Shown: positions 24,585 through 33,239 of the stretch, one piece after another
Numbering within the stretch: position 1 is the first letter of the stretch
How the letters are laid out: each line of letters begins with the position of its first letter
Source of the DNA: an uncultured Candidatus Berkelbacteria bacterium
GTDB taxonomy: Bacteria; Patescibacteriota; UBA1384; UBA12157; JAENIV01
Assembly (NCBI GenBank): GCA_963698075.1
Contig: OY969116.1
Span: 149,881-187,491, forward strand
Direction: 5' to 3'
Length of the DNA stretch: 37,611 bases
Position numbers and translations under genes: made by a program
Notes under the pieces: model-generated
What the model was told of the DNA's origin: nothing
Databases searched by the model: none
The model's input: the letters and a program-made list of their open reading frames with translations, nothing else

Positions 24585-25328
24585 CTACTGAAATTGGTGA
24601 GCGCTAACGATTAAACGATTAAGATTTGTCCCAATGGGGACACAGGTCATTAAAGTTAAATTGTAATCATCCCCTTGGCTCATTACCGAAAGATCATTGG
24701 GCGAGACCACTTTTGAGCTTTGAACCTCATAGTTAAAAACGGCAGAGCTGTATTTAATAAAAACTTTATCACCAGTACTCAATTTGTCTAAAAGGGCAAA
24801 AACATTTTTATAAGTAGAATCTACCCAAGGATAATAGGAGGAATGCCCGGTGATAAAGATATTGCCCTTTTGTCCTGGTAAAGCCGTATCTTGAGAATGA
24901 ACGACACCTTCAAGAAGTTTGGTTTTCAACTGATCTTCGGGGACATTCCAGCTAATCGGGACATCAACCCCAATTTTGGGGATGACCAAGCGAGCCTCTG
25001 AGGCAGGATTAAAGGGATTGGGCGTGGGAGTGGGAACCGCTTTGGAGTAGACATGTTTAAGAATAGAAACATCCCAAAAATATTGGCTTTTTTTGGCTAA
25101 GGCCGGAGAGTTGATCGCCACATAAGAGACAATAAAAATGCCGATAAAAAGGGAGATAAACTTAATCGCCGTTATCCAGGTTAGTTTTTCTGGCGCATAA
25201 ACCTTTTCGGCGGGTGGCTCGCTGACCGGCGGCTGAGGCGCGGGAGGAGGTTGGATTACCGGAGGTGGCATTTTTTCAGAATCACCGAATATTGATTTTA
25301 GATCATTTTCGTCTATAAAATTACCCAA
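24585..25328 (-). CDS. Sortase
   Basis: LVIPKIGVD, PGQKGNIFITGHS, LMTC...R catalytic triad and TM anchor; likely TTG start at 25328 after GGAGG. Confidence 0.9.
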   Translation of the reverse strand: MGNFIDENDLKSIFGDSEKMPPPVIQPPPAPQPPVSEPPAEKVYAPEKLTWITAIKFISLFIGIFIVSYVAINSPALAKKSQYFWDVSILKHVYSKAVPTPTPNPFNPASEARLVIPKIGVDVPISWNVPEDQLKTKLLEGVVHSQDTALPGQKGNIFITGHSSYYPWVDSTYKNVFALLDKLSTGDKVFIKYSSAVFNYEVQSSKVVSPNDLSVMSQGDDYNLTLMTCVPIGTNLNRLIVSAHQFQ

Positions 25329-25437
25329 TGCCCCTCCGATTGAGTTAAAATTAACATTTACTAATATTATACGCTTTAGGGCGATTTTAAGCAAAACCGC
25401 CACGGCGAGGTACCGGGGCGGAATCGAAAGTTGAAGA

Positions 25438-26331
25438 TTAGCCTAGTTGAGTTTCAAGGAAACTCGCGACGCCGATTAAGGCGTCGTTTTGCGGATCAGG
25501 TGTGGGTTGGATCTGTATCTCAGCCCAGGCAGGGATGATTAGGTGTTTACGCATCAGTTGACGGACGCGCTCCTCGATCACTGGGAAGGTCTTTAGGCCA
25601 AAAGTTCCACGCATGACGATAGCATCCGGGCGGAGCATTGTCACGAGGTTTGCGAGAAACGCAGCCATCGGCCGTGTAAGCACTCCGATAAGGGTTGCGC
25701 GAAATGGCGAATCATGATTGAGGACTTTCCTCATAAAGGACCAGATATCCTCCTCGTCCGTCAGCTTCTTGTTTTGAAGCTCAGCGATTTCCAGGATCCG
25801 CCCACGGATGTAGGCCGCTCCCAGGTAGCTTTCGAAGTGGCCGCGCCGGCCGCAGCCGCACCATGGGGCGTTATCAGCAATATCATAGAGCATGTGGCCT
25901 GCTTCAGACTGACAAAGGATTTGGCCGTTCTTAGCTGTCCAAGCGGCGAGACCAGTTCCCCAATTGACAAGAGTGAAATAGGAAAGATCCGGTCTTAAGG
26001 CAATCACCCCGAGGGTGGCGGCATGCATATCGTTGATCACCCGAGCCGGCCGGCGGATTGAATCGGCCAGAGCTGTCCCCAGCTTGACGCCATCCAGGGC
26101 GTGATAGTTCGGTGAGACGACAACCTCATCGTCGCCGCGGATAACCCCAGCGCAAGCGACGCCGATGGCGGCGATTTCTGGACCAAGGTCAGCGGTTATG
26201 AACCCAATTGCATAATGGGCAGTTGTTGGTAAAGATGATGTCCGTCGCAAGTTGCGGACTGAGGTTCCACTTACATCACCGGTCGTGATCTTAGTCCCAC
26301 CGATATCGGCAATGCGAAAGGTGCGTGCCAC
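25438..26331 (-). CDS. ROK family sugar kinase
   Basis: DIGGTK, NDMHAATLG, GTGL, EAGH and CGCGRRGHFE; GC-richer than its flanks. Confidence 0.88.
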   Translation of the reverse strand: MARTFRIADIGGTKITTGDVSGTSVRNLRRTSSLPTTAHYAIGFITADLGPEIAAIGVACAGVIRGDDEVVVSPNYHALDGVKLGTALADSIRRPARVINDMHAATLGVIALRPDLSYFTLVNWGTGLAAWTAKNGQILCQSEAGHMLYDIADNAPWCGCGRRGHFESYLGAAYIRGRILEIAELQNKKLTDEEDIWSFMRKVLNHDSPFRATLIGVLTRPMAAFLANLVTMLRPDAIVMRGTFGLKTFPVIEERVRQLMRKHLIIPAWAEIQIQPTPDPQNDALIGVASFLETQLG

Positions 26332-26444
26332 AGGCTTCTCCTCTGAGGCAAGATAGCTTTATTATATAAAGTAAATTATTGAAGTCAATAAAAAATCGTC
26401 TTGGATATTTATTTTTGAGTTCACATCAGGTATAATCTAAACAA

Positions 26445-26517
26445 GGGCCTATAGCTCAGCTGGTAGAGCGCTACATTCGCATTGTAGAGGTCAGGAGTTC
26501 GAATCTCCTTAGGTCCA
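26445..26517 (+). tRNA. tRNA-Ala(CGC)
   Basis: Cloverleaf GGGCCTA/TAGGTCC with G3:U70, anticodon arm CTACA-TTCGCAT-TGTAG, T-loop TTCGAAT; CCA not encoded. Confidence 0.96.
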
Positions 26518-26529
26518 AATAGTTAACCT

Positions 26530-26612
26530 GCCCGAGTGGCGGAATGGTAGACGCGCAGGTCTCAAAAACCTGTGAGTGCAAGCTCATGTCGGTTCGAGTC
26601 CGACCTCGGGCA
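26530..26612 (+). tRNA. tRNA-Leu(CAA)
   Basis: GCCCGAG/CTCGGGC acceptor, CAGGT-CTCAAAA-ACCTG anticodon arm, long variable arm; CCA not encoded. Confidence 0.96.
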
Positions 26613-26620
26613 TTATTTAG

Positions 26621-26648
26621 TTGACATTATTTTTTAGAGATCTAAGAT
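26621..26648 (+). promoter_or_regulatory. Probable promoter TTGACA-N16-TAAGAT
   Basis: Directly after tRNA-Leu, upstream of the orphan gene pair. Confidence 0.5.
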
Positions 26649-26682
26649 AGACTTAGGATAGCATCGAACAGGGAGAACCAGC

Positions 26683-27246
26683 ATGACGATGGAAGTTACG
26701 AGTCGGCTGCAGAGGTTGGAAGTTGGTTTGATGCTGGGGGATGGCCGCTGCAGGTTCGGGGTGGTTTCGGGCTGGACCACCATTCAAGCCGCCAGGAGAA
26801 GGCTTGACGGAATCATCACTGCGCTGCTGACTCCAGTGGACAGCCAAAGCCTAGAGATCGACTGGGAAATTGAGATCAGACCCGCTAGCGAGGAGGGGAA
26901 GTGGAGATACCAGGCGTGGCTCAGCCGTAAAGTCTGGCAGCCGCTGGTTCCCTCCCTTGGGGCGACGATCAGGGAATTCCTTATGCCGCTTTGCCTTGGG
27001 CGCGAGCGCGAGGAACTGACTAATCTGGGCACACTATCTCAAATAGAGGAAGAGTTGAGAAGTGGCAGCATGAGCAGTGGCAGCCGAACCCTCTTCCTCA
27101 GCTTTGATGACCGCCGTGGCCACCACGACTATACTGGGCGAATCTGGACCAACGACGGTCGAGGCGACCTGATAAGTATCAGTGCCGGAAGCACGGTTAG
27201 GTGCTTGAATGGTCTTGAACAGGGTCTGGCAAAGGTCAGAGAATGA
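26683..27246 (+). CDS. Hypothetical protein
   Basis: 187 aa, SD GGGAG, ATGA-coupled to the next ORF. Confidence 0.65.
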   Translation: MTMEVTSRLQRLEVGLMLGDGRCRFGVVSGWTTIQAARRRLDGIITALLTPVDSQSLEIDWEIEIRPASEEGKWRYQAWLSRKVWQPLVPSLGATIREFLMPLCLGREREELTNLGTLSQIEEELRSGSMSSGSRTLFLSFDDRRGHHDYTGRIWTNDGRGDLISISAGSTVRCLNGLEQGLAKVRE

Positions 27247-27683
27247 GACTGGGCTGGCGGCGCGCGCAAGCTCGTCAACAAGCTCCTCACCAATCTGCCT
27301 TTGACGTCGATCGAGCCGTGGATATTCTGCAACCGGTTAGGTCCAATCTGGATGCTAAGAAAGGGTCGTATTCCTTCGTTATCCAGAACCTTGATATGGG
27401 GATCGAACTGATACTCCATGTGTTCACCCATCGCTCAGCGCCAATGTCGGTCTCAGTGCACTCATTGTCCATCGTCAACAACGGGCACAAGGTTGTTTAT
27501 AAAGCTTTAATGGCTCATCTGCAAGTTGACGAGATTGAAGCTGTTGAATACTACCCTGAAACCCGCGACCTGGGGCCAAACATTGCGTTCGTTCTTCGAC
27601 CAATCAATCGGCCCCATTACAACTTTCCCTTACCCAGATGTATTCGAGTCTACGCTTCTGGATTCTGCTCTTCCCAAACATAG
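27243..27683 (+). CDS. Hypothetical protein
   Basis: 146 aa, followed by a terminator. Confidence 0.6.
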   Translation: MRLGWRRAQARQQAPHQSAFDVDRAVDILQPVRSNLDAKKGSYSFVIQNLDMGIELILHVFTHRSAPMSVSVHSLSIVNNGHKVVYKALMAHLQVDEIEAVEYYPETRDLGPNIAFVLRPINRPHYNFPLPRCIRVYASGFCSSQT

Positions 27684-27711
27684 CTGCATTTCTATTTAAC
27701 AATCTATCCCC

Positions 27712-27739
27712 AAAGTCCGGAAGTCATTCCGGGCTTTTT
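27712..27739 (+). terminator. Intrinsic terminator
   Basis: AAAGTCCGGAA-gtca-TTCCGGGCTTTTT. Confidence 0.7.
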
Positions 27740-27831
27740 GGTATCTTTTGCGTAAAATCGAAACTCGTGTATACTGAAATTAAGCCACGAAAATTAATTT
27801 TAGTTTACATTGAGCGATTAAAAGGAGCGTC

Positions 27832-28905
27832 ATGGCTAATATTGATAATTTGGAAGAAATTAATAAGATTGATCAAGACGGTTTTTTGCAAAATCTTCAG
27901 GAATTCCCCGAACAATGCGAACGCTGTTGGCAAGATTGGAAGGAAATTCCCTTACCAGCGCGCTTCGTTCAAGCCAAAAATATTTTCATTACCGGCATGG
28001 GCGGCTCTAATATGGGCGGGGCTTTGGTTTCAAGCTTAACTAAAGATTATCCGATTCCCATCATTATCTGGCGCGACTACGATATCCCCGGTTGGGTCAA
28101 TAAGGATACGTTGGTAATTGCCATCAGTTTTTCCGGAAACACCGAGGAAACCATTGATTCATTTAAAAAAGCCGCTGAAAAAACCGATAAAATCGTCACT
28201 ATTGCCCAGGGCGGAGAATTGGATATTCTTTCGCGGAAATACAAAACAACGCACTATAAGATCAATTACAGCGGCCAGCCACGTTCTTCCTTTGGTTTCA
28301 TCTTCACTTCAGTTTTAGCAATTTTTTCCAAATTGAAACTCATCGAACTTTCCGAAGATGATTTTCGCGAAGCCATGGTCTTGCTCAAGGGTTTACATAA
28401 AAAAATTGATGCCGCAATGCCCACCCCCAACAACAATGCCAAACTTTTAGCCCGGAAGTTAATTGATAAAATCCCAATAGTTTACGGTTCAGGCAACTTA
28501 ATGCTCATGGCCCGACGCTGGGCCAACGAGTTCGGGGAAAATTCCAAAACCGCGTCTTTTTATCAGGAATTACCGGAAATGAATCATAATAGTTTAAACG
28601 GCATCGAATTTCCCAAAAATCTTGGTCAAAAAATATTTGTTATTATTTTGCAATCGAAATTTGATCATCCGCGAAACCGGATTCGCCAAAATGTCGTCAT
28701 GCAGGTTTTACAGCGCAATCGTCTTCCTTTTGAAAGCTTAATGATCGAGCCCTCACCCACGCCGTTAGCCGAGGTCTTGCAATTTTGTTTATTAGGTGCC
28801 TACGTTTCTTACTATTTGGGGATCATTAGTGATTCTGATCCCAGTCAAATAAAAGTTGTTGATTTTTTGAAGGAAAAACTGGCGGAAAAACCAATGGAGG
28901 GGTAA
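27832..28905 (+). CDS. Bifunctional phosphoglucose/phosphomannose isomerase (SIS)
   Basis: GMGGS, SFSGNTEET, QPR, ENSK and PEMNHN. Confidence 0.92.
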   Translation: MANIDNLEEINKIDQDGFLQNLQEFPEQCERCWQDWKEIPLPARFVQAKNIFITGMGGSNMGGALVSSLTKDYPIPIIIWRDYDIPGWVNKDTLVIAISFSGNTEETIDSFKKAAEKTDKIVTIAQGGELDILSRKYKTTHYKINYSGQPRSSFGFIFTSVLAIFSKLKLIELSEDDFREAMVLLKGLHKKIDAAMPTPNNNAKLLARKLIDKIPIVYGSGNLMLMARRWANEFGENSKTASFYQELPEMNHNSLNGIEFPKNLGQKIFVIILQSKFDHPRNRIRQNVVMQVLQRNRLPFESLMIEPSPTPLAEVLQFCLLGAYVSYYLGIISDSDPSQIKVVDFLKEKLAEKPMEG

Positions 28906-30066
28906 ATGAGTAAAATTATTGAAGTTCAAGGACGGAAAATCCTTGATTCTCGGGGCAAGCCCACGGTTGAGGTAAAAATCCGCACTGACAACGGCTTAGA
29001 AGCCATTGATTCGGTTCCGTCGGGCACTTCGACTGGTTCACGCGAGGCCGCTTTGGTTGAGCCGGACCTTGCCGTCGCCCACATTAATAGTCTCATTGCT
29101 GGAAAACTTGTTGGTCAAGAAGCCACTGCCCAACGAGAAATCGATCAAATGATGATTGACCTCGATGGTACTGAAAATAAATCTAAGTTGGGCGCCAACG
29201 CCATATTGGGAGTTTCCTTGGCGGCCGCTCGAGCCGGTGCGATGGCCGCCAAAATGCCCCTTTTCTGGCATTTAAATAAACTATTCCGGCAAATCTCCTC
29301 GACCGAGATCGAGCCGAAATTGCCCACGCCAATGATGGTCATGATCTGTGGCGGCAAACACGGTGAAAACCGCTTATGCATTCAGGAATTTTTGCTTATC
29401 GGCGACGTTGCCCATGGTCGAAAAGTATGGCATGCTATCGAGAAAATCTTAAAAAAACGTCGGGTGGCTTACAAGCTTGGTCTCGAGGGCGCTTTTTCAC
29501 CCGATTTGCAATATGACGAAGATGCCTTAGAAATTATCCAAGAAGCGATCCAGGAATCTGGTTTTGGAATTAATCGAGACGTCCGTTTGGGTTTGGATAT
29601 TGCTGGCAATAATTGTCAGATGGCCAACGTTGATATCTTTAAACTTTTTGAAAAATACCAACTTTATTCTCTCGAAGACCCATTCGAAGAAACCGCCTGG
29701 CACCAGTTTGGTCAATTAAAATTGGAATTAGAAGAGTTAGGCCGGGACTATCTTCTCATCGGCGATGACTTGTTTGCGACCCATAAAAATTTCTTACAAA
29801 AAGGAATTAATAATTTAGTTGCCAACGGCATCATCATCAAATTAAACCAGGTAGGCACAGTGACCGAGGCGATGGAAGTGGTCGCTTTGGCAAAAAAAGC
29901 TAACTACAAATGCATTGTTTCCCATCGTTCTGGTGAAACGCAGGATACCTTCATTGCCGATTTTGCTTGCGGCGTCGCCGCCGACTTCTTAAAATCAGGT
30001 ACACCAATCCCTCGCGAGCGTCTCTTAAAATACCGCCGACTAAAAGAAATAGAAAGTGAGCTTTAA
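28906..30066 (+). CDS. eno: Enolase (short, divergent)
   Basis: ILDSRGKPTVEV, VPSGTSTG, LGANAILGVS, EDPF, GDDL and SHRSGET. Confidence 0.92.
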   Translation: MSKIIEVQGRKILDSRGKPTVEVKIRTDNGLEAIDSVPSGTSTGSREAALVEPDLAVAHINSLIAGKLVGQEATAQREIDQMMIDLDGTENKSKLGANAILGVSLAAARAGAMAAKMPLFWHLNKLFRQISSTEIEPKLPTPMMVMICGGKHGENRLCIQEFLLIGDVAHGRKVWHAIEKILKKRRVAYKLGLEGAFSPDLQYDEDALEIIQEAIQESGFGINRDVRLGLDIAGNNCQMANVDIFKLFEKYQLYSLEDPFEETAWHQFGQLKLELEELGRDYLLIGDDLFATHKNFLQKGINNLVANGIIIKLNQVGTVTEAMEVVALAKKANYKCIVSHRSGETQDTFIADFACGVAADFLKSGTPIPRERLLKYRRLKEIESEL

Positions 30067-30069
30067 AAC

Positions 30070-31665
30070 ATGGATGGCATTCAGCGCATTCATCCACTTG
30101 TTCTGGTGATTTTAGATGGCTGGGGACAAACTCCAAATCAAGAAGGCAACGCGACTTTATCAGTACCGACGCCTAATTTCGATCAATTGCTTAGCTTTTT
30201 CCCTCACACCTTGCTTCACGCTTCGGGACCGGAGGTTGGTCTTTCTTGGGGCGAGATGGGCAATTCTGAAGTCGGTCACTTAAATTTGGGTTCTGGCCGA
30301 ATTATTATGCAGGATCTGCCACGAATTGATAAAACCATTCAAGATGATACTTTTTTTGCTAACCGCGAATTACTTGAGGCCTACAACCGCGTCCTCAAAA
30401 ACAATAAAAATCTTCATCTTATCGGGCTGGTTTCTGCCGGCGGCGTTCACTCCCATATTAATCATCTTTTTGCTCTTTTAGATTTAGCCGCGCGAACCAA
30501 AATCAACAATGTTTTTGTCCACATGATTACTGATGGTAGGGATACGCCGCCGCAGGTCGCCTTAAATGACCTAAAAACTTTAGAAGCTAAATTTCAGAGC
30601 CTCGGGCTGGGTAAAGTCGCAACGGTGGTGGGTAGGTATTTTGCTATGGACCGTGATAAACATTGGGATCGCATCCAAAAAGCTTATGACTCGCTAACTT
30701 TAGATGCTTGGCCAAAGAAAGCACCGACTGCTGCTGCCGCCATCGAGGGAGCTTACAACTTAAAACAAACCGATGAATTTATCGAATCTGTCCTGGTAGA
30801 GGGTACTTCAAGAATTAAAGATGGCGATTCAATCGTCTTTTTTAATTATCGTTCAGATCGTGCCAAACAACTTTCAGAAAGCATTATTAGTAAAGATTTC
30901 AAAGATTTTAACCGCCAAGTAAACCTGAATAATTGCTATTTTGTTTCGTTTACCAGTTACGGCTATGAGCCTTCGTCTAATGTTAAAGTCGCCTTTTTTG
31001 CCGAGAAAATTCAAAACCAATTGGCTAAAGTGCTTGCCGAAAACAATCTGAAACAACTTCATGTGGCCGAGACTGAAAAATATGCCCACGTGACCTACTT
31101 CTTTAATGGCGGCCAAGAGGAACCATTCCCTGGCGAGGAAAGACTCTTAATTCCTTCTCCCAAAGTGGCAACGTATGATTTAAAACCAGAAATGTCCGCC
31201 AAAGAAGTTACCCAAGGGTTCCTGGATTATTTTGCCAAAAGCAAGCCGCAATTTAGCGTCATTAATTTTGCTAACGCCGATATGGTCGGTCATACTGGAG
31301 TTTTTGAAGCCACCTGTCGGGCAATTACCGTGGTTGATGAATGTTTAGGCCAAGTTTCCTCGGCGGTTTTACGCGCTGGAGGAAATCTCATTGTGACTGC
31401 TGATCATGGCAATGCTGAACAAAAAATCAATCTCGAAACCGGCGAAATTAATAAGGAACACACCACCAACCCAGTTCCTCTTATTTTAGCTTTTGGAGAA
31501 AGAAGGCTGAGTACACCGATACCGATCGATCTTAATTATAAGATAAACTTTGCTGCCAACTCTCCGGTGGCGGTGCTGGCTGATATCACGGCGACCTGTT
31601 TGGATATTTTAGGATTGGCCAAGCCCTCTGAAATGTCGGGTCAAAGTTTAAGAAAGGCGATCTAA
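30070..31665 (+). CDS. gpmI: 2,3-BPG-independent phosphoglycerate mutase (copy 1)
   Basis: ILDGWG, MGNSEVGH, GGVHSH, DGRD, GRYFAMDRD, AETEKYAHVT, DMVGH and TADHGN. Confidence 0.93.
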   Translation: MDGIQRIHPLVLVILDGWGQTPNQEGNATLSVPTPNFDQLLSFFPHTLLHASGPEVGLSWGEMGNSEVGHLNLGSGRIIMQDLPRIDKTIQDDTFFANRELLEAYNRVLKNNKNLHLIGLVSAGGVHSHINHLFALLDLAARTKINNVFVHMITDGRDTPPQVALNDLKTLEAKFQSLGLGKVATVVGRYFAMDRDKHWDRIQKAYDSLTLDAWPKKAPTAAAAIEGAYNLKQTDEFIESVLVEGTSRIKDGDSIVFFNYRSDRAKQLSESIISKDFKDFNRQVNLNNCYFVSFTSYGYEPSSNVKVAFFAEKIQNQLAKVLAENNLKQLHVAETEKYAHVTYFFNGGQEEPFPGEERLLIPSPKVATYDLKPEMSAKEVTQGFLDYFAKSKPQFSVINFANADMVGHTGVFEATCRAITVVDECLGQVSSAVLRAGGNLIVTADHGNAEQKINLETGEINKEHTTNPVPLILAFGERRLSTPIPIDLNYKINFAANSPVAVLADITATCLDILGLAKPSEMSGQSLRKAI

Positions 31666-33218
31666 TGGCACTGGTACAAAAAGTAGCTTTAATTATTTTG
31701 GATGGCTGGGGCTACGCCCCACCGTGGGGTGGTAATGCCGTCGAAATGGCCCAGACGCCCAATATGGATAACTACTGGCGCAAATATCCTCATACCGTTC
31801 TCAAGGCCGCCGAGGAAGCTGTTGGTCTGCCTCATCATGAGCCTGGTAATTCCGAAGTTGGTCATTTAAACCTAGGTTCTGGTCAAATAGTCCGTCAAAA
31901 CTTACCCGGAATAAGCAAAACAATCGAGGATGGCAGCTTTTTTAAGAATCAAATTTTACTTGAGGCGATCAATCACGCTCAAACGTTTAATAGCAACCTT
32001 CATCTTATGGGTTTGGTTTCTGACGGCGGTGTTCATTCACATCTAAGTCACTTATTTGCCCTGCTGGATTTAATTAAAAAGGAGAATTTTGACCGTGTCT
32101 TCATTCACATGTTTACTGATGGGCGCGATACCGATCCCATGAAGTCGCTTTCTTATTTGGAGGAATTAGAGGCAAAAATTAAAGCCCTAGGTATTGGCAA
32201 AATTGAATCAGTCTCTGGTCGTTATTACGCCATGGACCGAGATAATCGTTGGGAAAGAATTCGTCAAGTCTATGCGCTCTTAACCCAGGGAGTTGGTCCA
32301 CGCTCAGAGAGTGCCGAAAAAGCCATTTCCATGTACTATCGTGAGGGTAAATATGATGAATTTATTACGCCGACCGCTATCATTGGTAAGGATGGCGAAT
32401 TTGTACCCGTAAAGAATAATGATGTTCTGATCTTTTTTAACTTTCGCGCTGATCGAACCCGGGAACTAACTCAGGCCTTTGCCCAAAAAAATTTCGTCGC
32501 GTTTCGGCGCCGGGTATTTTTACAAAATCTTTATTTCGCCTCCTTCGCCTTTCATGAGGAATATGAAGAAGGTTTACCAATAAAGGTTGTTTTTCGACAT
32601 GGCGGTATTCCAAATCCTTTGGCCAAAATCATTTCCGACCACTCACTAAAACAATTTCACCTTGCCGAGACGGAAAAATATGCTCATGTCACCTACTTTT
32701 TCAATGGCGGCCGAGAAGAACCTTTTCCTGGGGAAGAACGTAAGCTAATTCCCTCACCGAAAGTGGCGACCTATGATTTAAAACCAGAAATGTCAGCACC
32801 CGAAATAACCCGGGAACTGATTGCTCGAGTTAAGAATTACGATTTCGTCGTTGTCAATTTTGCCAATCCCGATATGGTCGGCCACACCGGCAATCTTAAG
32901 GCCACGATCAAAGCTTGCGAAATAGTTGATCTTTGTCTTGGGAAAGTCGTCAAAGAAGCCCTTTTGAGAAAGTTTGTTATTATCATCACTGCCGACCATG
33001 GTAATGCCGAACAAAAGCTTAATGCCAACACCGGCGAGCCCGACACGGAGCACACCATTAATCCGGTACCGTTGGTTGTTGTCTCGGAAGATCCTGCTTT
33101 TCAAAACCCCTTAAGAGCTTCGGGCGACATTCTTTTAGCCGATGTGGCACCGACGATTTTAAAAATTATGAATCTTCCCGTACCTGAGGAAATGACCGGT
33201 AAAAGCTTGATAGAATAG
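31665..33218 (+). CDS. gpmI: 2,3-BPG-independent phosphoglycerate mutase (copy 2)
   Basis: The same canonical motifs are intact (GNSEVGH, GRYYAMDRD, NFRADR, DMVGH, TADHGN). Confidence 0.93.
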   Translation: MALVQKVALIILDGWGYAPPWGGNAVEMAQTPNMDNYWRKYPHTVLKAAEEAVGLPHHEPGNSEVGHLNLGSGQIVRQNLPGISKTIEDGSFFKNQILLEAINHAQTFNSNLHLMGLVSDGGVHSHLSHLFALLDLIKKENFDRVFIHMFTDGRDTDPMKSLSYLEELEAKIKALGIGKIESVSGRYYAMDRDNRWERIRQVYALLTQGVGPRSESAEKAISMYYREGKYDEFITPTAIIGKDGEFVPVKNNDVLIFFNFRADRTRELTQAFAQKNFVAFRRRVFLQNLYFASFAFHEEYEEGLPIKVVFRHGGIPNPLAKIISDHSLKQFHLAETEKYAHVTYFFNGGREEPFPGEERKLIPSPKVATYDLKPEMSAPEITRELIARVKNYDFVVVNFANPDMVGHTGNLKATIKACEIVDLCLGKVVKEALLRKFVIIITADHGNAEQKLNANTGEPDTEHTINPVPLVVVSEDPAFQNPLRASGDILLADVAPTILKIMNLPVPEEMTGKSLIE

Positions 33219-33239
33219 CCAATTTAAAAGGAGGGGCAG

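Noticed and set aside
26719-26745. GLMLGDG resembling a LAGLIDADG endonuclease motif
   Set aside because: A single short match with no other family features recognised.
31057-32800. Near-identical DNA stretches (e.g. TATGATTTAAAACCAGAAATGTC) as a repeat element
   Set aside because: Explained by conserved motifs in the gpmI paralogues, although gene conversion cannot be excluded.
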